Shown one piece after another: positions 30,870-38,470 of a DNA stretch of 38,470 nt (the first letter of the stretch is position 1; each line of letters begins with the position of its first letter). The notes below the pieces were generated by a model. It was given only the letters and a program-made list of their open reading frames with translations, was not told where the DNA came from and ran no database searches. The DNA comes from Asterionella formosa (taxonomy: Eukaryota). The stretch covers positions 1 through 38,470 of the forward strand of contig NKIB01015063.1 of the NCBI GenBank assembly GCA_002256025.1, read 5' to 3'. A program made the position numbers and the translations under genes.

Positions 30870-33074
30870 AAATTTGTGGTTGGGCATAGGATCAGGTTGG
30901 TGCAAATAAGTTTATTTTGTTCGATTCAATAATCTCTTGGTGATGATGATTATAAACTCTCTAGTGATATTGGAATTATCTTATTTTGTTTATAAACATA
31001 GAACAAGAGCATGGCACTTCCTGGGGTTGGTGCTTGGCATTCCTCCCTTATATTTTCATGTCCTCCAAATAAACAATAATGTCAGATGGTGGTGTCTCTT
31101 CGCGGAGTTTGAATACAATATACTAACAGACTACCAGTAATAAACTGGTCATCATTGAGGGTGTTTGTTTGACTCCTCCGACTAAAGGTAAATTCTACCA
31201 AATTGCAGACCAGTTTGTTTGATAGGCCTAATGTCAGAGCAGCATCAATCAATCAAGCTGTTTTGTTAAAATTCTCATTGAAAGATTCATCAGAAGATGC
31301 GATGATTATAAAATAGCTAAAAAGAGATTTCAATGGGTCACGGTAATATATACTTTTTTCTAGATAAATGAATATAAATTTATATTCATTTTCGAGGACA
31401 GATTAGGTCATGTGTTAAAGCACTTGTCATGTGTGTGATTAAACACCTTGTGAAAATCTGGTATGTAATCCCAACCTGGTATACCAGTAACCATACATTA
31501 AGCATATGCATGATGATACAGTGCACCTAAATGATTTGCCTTCTCCGTAGAAGTCAATACCAAGACAAAGATATAAATTGTTGCAATTGAGGTTTGTTAA
31601 GGTTCAAGTCAATATCGAAAATTTTATATTGATCATTTTATATCATATGACGCAGAGACTTCTAAACTTACCCAAATCCGTGTTCTTCATATTTTTTTGG
31701 TCAATTGACCATTTCAGGCAATCTATCAAGATGAACAACTTGCTCCAAATCTCAAACTAATTACATAACTGACTAGCCTATATGCTCGGCCGGGTAGGGG
31801 CAAGAACTCTCAGAATTTACATTTTATCAGTTTTGATAGCAAAACGTGTTATTCTGCATTCAAGGGGTCGGAGCTGTTCAAAAATGGGTCATGGTAGTTT
31901 TTACTGGCACCATCAGAGTGACCTGGGGTGGGGGCTAGGACACCAGGTTTTGCAGTAGTGAATTCTGATAAAACTACAATAATTTCCTAGCTTTCTGGTT
32001 TCTACGCTTCACCTTCTGCTGCCTCCTCAAGTACATAATAGCCTTCACCATGGTGAAATTTGTCTGGAAAACCATCAGAAATGATCTTGAAATGATTTTC
32101 AAGAGCATACAACAGTCATATCAGCATCATGTAGTGACCACAATGGCCATCACCTCTTGAACTCTGATTTTCTTGAGCGCCCTCCTCAGAATTTTCATTC
32201 TTTCAAGTCATTGAAACTTTTCGATATTCATATGATGATTTCTTTCTGACCCACAATGATGGATGTTAAGTCATGAAATGACAGCACCTTACCAATTGTC
32301 AATTTTTATTTTCGGACCATCTTAGACAGATAAATTGTCAGATTCTTTTGGCAGACAGGCTTCTCATGTAGCTGAAAAATTTTAATCTAGAAGTTTACTG
32401 CTATGTATACCTATAGAAACATCCAATTTTGTAGATATAGATTATTTTTTCAGAAATGAAATCCAATGAATTGAGCTAGTAGGCCGGGGCAAGAGAATGA
32501 AAATCCAGCCTAGTCTTCTGAAAGAATCAGTTTAGGCCCTTGCTTGCTTACTGGTCGGAAATTCGCATTTGGAAACTTAAATTTTTTTAGATTTCCAAGA
32601 AATCCGAACCCGGCAAAGATTCTCTGACTCCAAAAAAGCCTTTTCCTAATGTATTGGAATTACATTTTGCGGATTGTCTGAAGTTTTTTGGTAAAGGCTG
32701 TTCCTTACCGTGCCAGAATTCCTTCAGATGGTTAACCCGACGATGGTGAATATTGAGCGTTTTTTCGCTGTTGGCAATGCATTAATATTACGTTGATGAT
32801 TCTGTTGAAGATGATGTTTTATCATCAACAACAAACCTTTTGGATCCTTTCTTTGCTGACTTTTTGATTTATTAACATTCTGGCGCGCCCATGGATCCTG
32901 ACACAGCTACTTACCCAACAGGCGACGGTATCAACACAGGTATGTATTATTGGCACGCCGATAATTGATAAAGAATGTTGTATGCTCTCCTGATGACAGA
33001 AACTCATCATCTGATGAGGAGGATGATGAAAATACTGGTAGTGTTTGTGATTGATTAAGTAATCATTTAATTAA

Positions 33075-33654
33075 TTAGCTCAAGAAAATTTCATTTCTTT
33101 CGTTGGCCTGTCTGTAGTGATGAACTAAATTTTCTTTCCTTTTTTTATATGCTTGCTTTTCAGTTGAAGTTGGAGAATCAATAGTGTCCTCTGCATTATC
33201 AACATCAAAATAATTGCCTCCGGCAAACTCTGTATCATTGATTTCTAAAGCTTGAACCATGCGATGCTGATGTCTTGTGTGTCTGTCAGATCCACCAACA
33301 TCTGTTCCTCTTGGTAGACCATCTTCATCATTCTCTCCATCAACTGCATTTTCAGCATCATCATTGCCAATCAATTCTTTCCAGTCATCATACCCATCAT
33401 ATAAAAGCGAAATATTGTAAATAAGGCAGCAAGTAATTAAAACATTCCTAATTTGCTTACTGTCATGGAAAATAATTCAGTGCCGATGTCTTTTCTACAT
33501 CTTCTGAGCTATCCTCAGCAATCAAGTCCAACACCTTATTGACTATGACATCATATATAATATCTTGCCAAGGATCACCAGTAGAATCCATCTGGGAGGA
33601 CAGCAAAGAAGACAAGGAGGCCATGGCAGACCAATGAGCGATTGTTAATTGCAA
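33075..33654 (-). mobile_element. Internally deleted PIF/Harbinger-type transposase remnant of a second family (N-terminus joined to C-terminus)
   Basis: 33075-33475 reads H*IIFHDSKQIRNVLITCCLIYNISLLYDGYDDW..KRKENLVHHYRQANERNEIFLS*, resembling the TCCxLHN helix and tail of DDE_Tnp_4/Plant_tran transposases. The catalytic core is absent. ATGTATCTATTTA-type repeats lie at 33660-33780. Confidence 0.65.
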
Positions 33655-34147
33655 TTGTTGGGATGTACCTATGTATCTATTTATCTATGTATTTCTTTTT
33701 TTGTATTCACCTATTTACTCATGTATGTATCTATTTATTCATGTATTCTTTTATTTATGTATGTGTCTTTGTATCAATATACCGGTACAATTACCGGTAC
33801 TTGATTTTGTGTTGATGCCTGAGTCGATCTAGTCAATTTCTGTTATCTAAGTCATTCTATCTAGGGCTTTCTTTGGGTGTGAAATCAATTTAAGTTTCTG
33901 AAGAAAATTGTCTGCGTCGGTAAAATCGACGATTTTACTGATGGCTGTGACTGAAAATATTTTTTTGCTTGCTTTTTTCGTTTTATTCATTTTTCTCGCA
34001 TCATCACTCAAACAGGTCGCCCCCCCCCCTGCATTTCCTTCCATTCCCTTCCTCTCCTCTCCCAGACGATCGGGTGTGCTCTCGATTCCAAGCTATTGGT
34101 CTTGTAGGAAATCTCCAATCACGCCTCAGTTTGCTTTAGACGGAATA

Positions 34148-36301
34148 ATGTTCACGCTTGGATTGAGATTGCTCGCGTTAGTGTTGCCTGTGTCCATTGC
34201 ATCTAGTTGGACAATCACACCTACTTCACTTCAGCGCCCCTTTCAGAGAACATGTCGCAGATGCAAGTTTCCGCTTTGCGTGAGATCTTCCCCGGAAGAA
34301 GATGCCATGGGATTGAATGAACTGCAAACACTGCTAAGAAACGCAGCCCTAAAGGAAGATTTCGTTGAAGCCGGGCGTCTTTCGGACCTTTTGATCTACC
34401 GTATGGCAGGCGACAACCCTCCCACGACAGACGACGAGATCAAAGCCCGCCGATTACGTATGAGCTGGTCTGGTCTAGGAGCTGCTCCATGGTTGGTTGA
34501 TCGATTGGATGCCCTTAACTACACCTTTCCGACAACAATTCAAATTAACTCGATGGAAGCTGTTAATTCTATTTTGGGTGCCTCCGACGACATCCTGGAA
34601 TCAACGACTTTGGAACAACGTTATGAAATGAATGACAAGGATATGGGGATTGTAGTTAGTGGTACAACTGGATCGGGGAAGACCATTGCGTATTTAGTTC
34701 CTCTATTGAGTACGTTAAGTGACTCGCTCTTCACCCGGCAACGTGTTCGTGTCGGTGCGGAGGAACGCCTCGTGGGAGACAAAACGGACGAGTTGATATC
34801 ACGCGTGATGGCTGTCACATCTCCTGAAATTCGCTCGAATTCTCGCAAGCAAACACGACAAGGAGGAATTGCGACGGGTGCAGCCTTGTCCAGTTTGGGA
34901 ACTTCGGGGACCGATGTCAAAACCCCGCTGGCTTTGATAGTGGTTCCTACGAGAGAGCTCGGTGTCCAGATAGCCATGTTGCTGTATCAATTGGTTGGAG
35001 GAAGCCTTAAGCGGACTTCGACGCAGATGAATGCCGGAAAGGCAAACATGTTCAAATACAAGGGGCCCAAGGGGGTCAAGATTGGTTGTGTGTTGGATGA
35101 AGAAGAGTCAAGTTTTGGATTGAAGCTACAGACAGACATCGCCATTACTACTCCTCAGTATTTGAGCAAACTCATTGCGGATAATGACGTAGATCCTACC
35201 AAACTCCGTGTTGTCATTTACGATGAAGCAGATTTGGCATTGGAAGAGACCAAACCATCTGATTTGTCGGCCCTTTTTGATGACGATGCAGATGAAAGAC
35301 AATACACTCGCTTGACCTTTCTCGTTGGTGCAAGCGTCACCGAATCTCTTGGTAGTCTCGCTGTTCGTTCACGTGTAATACCTGAAGGGAAGAGCTATAT
35401 AGCTACAGCAACCAGCTACGCACCATTGAAGCCATCCAAAATCCTGAGGACTGATGTGTCCAATGAAGAAGCTTTGGTCAAGTCGAGCAAATCTGCTTCC
35501 GCCTCCTTGAAGGACCTTAGCGTCTGCATGGACCCTGGTCTAGTTCATCAGCGCATCGTTGCTCCACTTAATACTGGTCTCTTGACGTTGACCCGGCTAC
35601 TGCGAAAAGAGCTCAAGGAATACGAAGAAGCGGTGGAGGAAGGCTCACGGGAGAATGGAGTGCAGAGGCCACGAGTAGTTGTGTTTTTCCCAACTGAAGT
35701 AGAGGCTAAGGCTGCTATCGCACCCCTTCGCGATGCAGTCTGGGGCGAACACAAGGTGTGTGTCTTACTTCCAAAGACTGGAATCAACCCTTTACAAATG
35801 ATGGATGATTTCAAAAACAACCAAACGAGCGTCATGATTGCGACTGCAAACTCAGTTCGTGGTCTTGACTTCCCAGCCCTGACATCTGTGTACACGCTTT
35901 ATCTTCCTATGGATGATCCCCGAGAATATGTCCATCTTGCTGGTCGTGTTGGCAGAGTTGGTCAAATGGGCAGTGTTCAGGGTGCTGGAGGCAGAGTTGT
36001 TTCCATTTTGAAAGAGAGTGATGCTGCGAAGATGGATGAGCTTGCAAAGGAGCTCAACTTTAAATTCACCGACATTGCTCCTGTAGAAGAATCCCTCTTC
36101 ACGCTCACAGAGGATGGTGAAGTTGATATTGACAATGCTGATGTCGAAAAAATGCGACGACTCCTTGAAGATACCATGAATCTTTTGGGAGATGGCGAAG
36201 ACCGCATAGTGGATTTCGATTCAATAGGAAATGGTGACATTGAGGTTGATGACAATGACGAAGATTACGACGAGGATGATGATGACAACGACAGCCGCTG
36301 A
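34148..36301 (+). CDS. DEAD-box RNA helicase-like protein with N-terminal UVR (UvrB/C) motif and predicted plastid targeting, 717 aa
   Basis: ATG 34148 begins a hydrophobic signal peptide (ASS-WT cleavage) and an R/S/T-rich transit peptide. UVR-like LQTLLRNAALKEDFVEAGRLSDLL follows. Helicase motifs: Q FPTTIQ, I GTTGSGKT, Ia PTREL, II DEAD, V RGLDFP, VI HLAGRVGR. Confidence 0.9.
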   Translation: MFTLGLRLLALVLPVSIASSWTITPTSLQRPFQRTCRRCKFPLCVRSSPEEDAMGLNELQTLLRNAALKEDFVEAGRLSDLLIYRMAGDNPPTTDDEIKARRLRMSWSGLGAAPWLVDRLDALNYTFPTTIQINSMEAVNSILGASDDILESTTLEQRYEMNDKDMGIVVSGTTGSGKTIAYLVPLLSTLSDSLFTRQRVRVGAEERLVGDKTDELISRVMAVTSPEIRSNSRKQTRQGGIATGAALSSLGTSGTDVKTPLALIVVPTRELGVQIAMLLYQLVGGSLKRTSTQMNAGKANMFKYKGPKGVKIGCVLDEEESSFGLKLQTDIAITTPQYLSKLIADNDVDPTKLRVVIYDEADLALEETKPSDLSALFDDDADERQYTRLTFLVGASVTESLGSLAVRSRVIPEGKSYIATATSYAPLKPSKILRTDVSNEEALVKSSKSASASLKDLSVCMDPGLVHQRIVAPLNTGLLTLTRLLRKELKEYEEAVEEGSRENGVQRPRVVVFFPTEVEAKAAIAPLRDAVWGEHKVCVLLPKTGINPLQMMDDFKNNQTSVMIATANSVRGLDFPALTSVYTLYLPMDDPREYVHLAGRVGRVGQMGSVQGAGGRVVSILKESDAAKMDELAKELNFKFTDIAPVEESLFTLTEDGEVDIDNADVEKMRRLLEDTMNLLGDGEDRIVDFDSIGNGDIEVDDNDEDYDEDDDDNDSR

Positions 36302-36348
36302 TTACCTATACTAAGCTAGAACAATGACTTCCCCAACTAATTATGCTC

Positions 36349-37826
36349 TTATTCCAACTCATCTTCACCGAGAAGCTGGTCTTCTCCCGCGCCGCTGCTC
36401 ATCTCGTCCTCTTCTTCAGCAGCATAAATCTCTTCTGCCATGTTCCATATCTGCAAGATATTGTCTTCGGAAACACTCGCGATCGTCCATTCGTCCTTTT
36501 CATTCCAGGAAAAGTCATTGACCTTGCTCGTATGCCCTCCATGTAAGAACAAAAGCTCAGGGGGGCCATCTTCGGCGTCTTCTTCTGATTGTTCCATTCC
36601 AATTCGAGATAGATCCCAAATACCCACTCGTCTGTCGGCAGAGCAGGAACCAAGAATGCTTTCATTAAATGGAGCCCACTCGAGCATATACACTTGGTCG
36701 TTGTGGCCATTCAGAGTATGAACACGACTGCGGTGCAACAGAAGGGTTAGTCCATTAGACGACATTTAAGTAACTGGGAAAGCGAAAGCCATACTCACGA
36801 CTTTAAGTTTCTCATATCCCATACAGCCACAGTTTTGTCCGCACTTCCGGTTGCCAAAACGAATTCATTGATTGGGTTGAAAGCAATGCAATTCACGTCA
36901 CCAGCATGTGCATTGCGGACCACATGCGCCGGCTCGTTGGCGTTCTTCTCTCGGACGTCCCAAATCATGATACTTCGATCATCACTGACAGAACCAACCA
37001 TGTTTGGATCGCGTTCATGCCAATCTACGTCTTCCACGACGGCTTCGTGGCCAGAAAAGATGGAAAGGGGTTTGATTTGAGTACCCGCTTCGGATTTACT
37101 GCCGATAGCACAGTTGATATCCCAGAGAGCAAGCGTTTTGTCTTCGGATCCACTAATCAAGTGGCCTTCAGTATGCTTCGACCAGGCTAATCCATAACCC
37201 TCCTTTGTGTGTCCAATACAGACTCCCTGAGGACAGAACGGAGAGCTGTCGTCAGTGGGAAATGAAGGATGCTTGGAGAGGTCCCAAATGTATATTTCCG
37301 GCGAAGGACCCCTTGAGGCTACAACGAAGTGATTCTGAGGCATATATCGCGCTCTGTTGACTTCGCCTTCGTGTTTGACCTTCATGCGGATTTCAATCTT
37401 GCCAACGCCAGAGTTTGCATGTCCAAAGCCACCCAGCTCCTTCTTTTCCTCGTCGTAATGCGCAGCAGGCGTCGTCGTTCCGGATGTCTTGTTACTGGTT
37501 GCATTCTCCTTGTTGTTTTCCGTTCGGTGATCAATGACGGCATCCGACTTTGGCAAGTGGACCGATGCAAGCATCAAGTAGTTCTGCTCCCCGGTCGTGT
37601 GCGTGCCGAGCAACAATGAATGCTCTGACGCGCTTTCGCCTGCGTTCTTTACGACGGGTAACCACTGACATGTAAGGCTGGGCCACTCGAGCGAGTGTGT
37701 CATGACAAAGTCGTAAAGGTAGGGAGTGTTCTTCTTCCAGATCTTGTACTCGGCGTCAATCAAGCGTTCCTCCAAGACGTCAGCGACGTCTTGCTTCGTG
37801 GCATCGGCGGTCAGCATTGCGGACAT
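36349..37826 (-). CDS. MSI1: WD40 histone-binding protein MSI1/RBBP4 (CAF-1 p48/p55); complement(join(36349..36727,36799..37826)), 468 aa
   Basis: [93 protein letters not shown]. Confidence 0.96.
36728..36798 (-). other. Spliceosomal intron (71 bp, phase 2)
   Basis: TC|GTGAGT donor, GACTAAC branch point, CCGCAG|T acceptor. Splicing restores DMRNLKSRVHTL. Confidence 0.93.
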
Positions 37827-38470
37827 TGTAATGGGAAGGGATATGGGAAGCAACGAAGGACGTGTATCGAAATTGAATTGCTACGACCTTTGCCTTTTAT
37901 GCATGGCCATTGGAGTCACCGGTATAGAATTTACCTTTGCAGCAGTCTACTGGCACAGTATTGATATCGGTCATCTGCACCATGCATGCTGAGCATTCAC
38001 TCTCATCACATGTGCGTGCCCCTGGATATCATTATGTGTGAATGTATGATCCTGTCAAGAATATTAGCCCGAGTCACAAGGATTGTGGACTCGATTGTAA
38101 TCGAACGAGTCGAATATTGCATTGCCACGTCAATCAGCTGTCTAACGAGATCAGAGATTGAAGATTTCTATGGAAATGTTAAGTGGAAACTCGAAGAGAG
38201 TCTTAGAATGACTTTGCAGGAAGCAAAGATGCGTGGAAAGGAAACATTTAGTTTAGCTTATAATTTAATTTGAGATTTAGATTATCAACCGAGGAAACAG
38301 TGTGTTAATTGACAGGAAGGTCAATTAGTCTATCTAGCAGGAAGGCTAGAAGCAGAGACAAGAGAGAAAGTGAGTGGTACTAGGTAGTACTACGATCACG
38401 TAAGAGTCTACGTGAAGAGAGACCCAACCCGCGGGAAGGAGTACGGACCATTTCAACACGCTTTAAAGCG

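Noticed and set aside
33908..34147. N-terminal extension of the helicase as given in the ORF track
   Set aside because: It begins at TTG in T-rich, promoter-like sequence. ATG 34148 gives a clean signal peptide. An in-frame ATG at 33941 exists but is less plausible.
37986..38273. 95-aa ORF upstream of MSI1
   Set aside because: No recognisable motif; it lies in probable promoter or intergenic DNA.

Overview
Eukaryotic nuclear DNA, most likely from a diatom or other photosynthetic stramenopile. This is inferred from short GT-AG introns with CTAAC branch points, a bipartite signal-plus-transit plastid presequence and the TE types. Six intact-looking host genes sit in GC- and CpG-richer islands: TAF1 (5' part, minus strand, missing from the ORF track), a 1413-aa coiled-coil protein, an XRCC2-like RAD51 paralog, a two-exon Pro-rich PDZ-PH protein, a plastid-targeted UVR plus DEAD-box helicase and a two-exon MSI1/RBBP4. 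Between them are AT-rich, CpG-poor tracts of decayed and nested mobile elements. Three things stand out. (1) A PIF/Harbinger element has its centre replaced by the captured tail-to-tail 3' ends of two host genes, PP2C and cytosolic aspartyl-tRNA synthetase; a sister copy 11 kb away shows what was replaced. (2) An unrecognised insertion family is present twice, each copy flanked by a 13-bp target-site duplication and sharing a ~155-nt terminus with compensatory base-pair changes; the long copy splits a LINE and carries a 179-bp tandem array and a SAM-methyltransferase-like motif. (3) The palindrome TACCGGTA clusters upstream of host genes. No rRNA, tRNA or CRISPR array was seen. All family assignments come from recognising motifs by eye; no searches were run.
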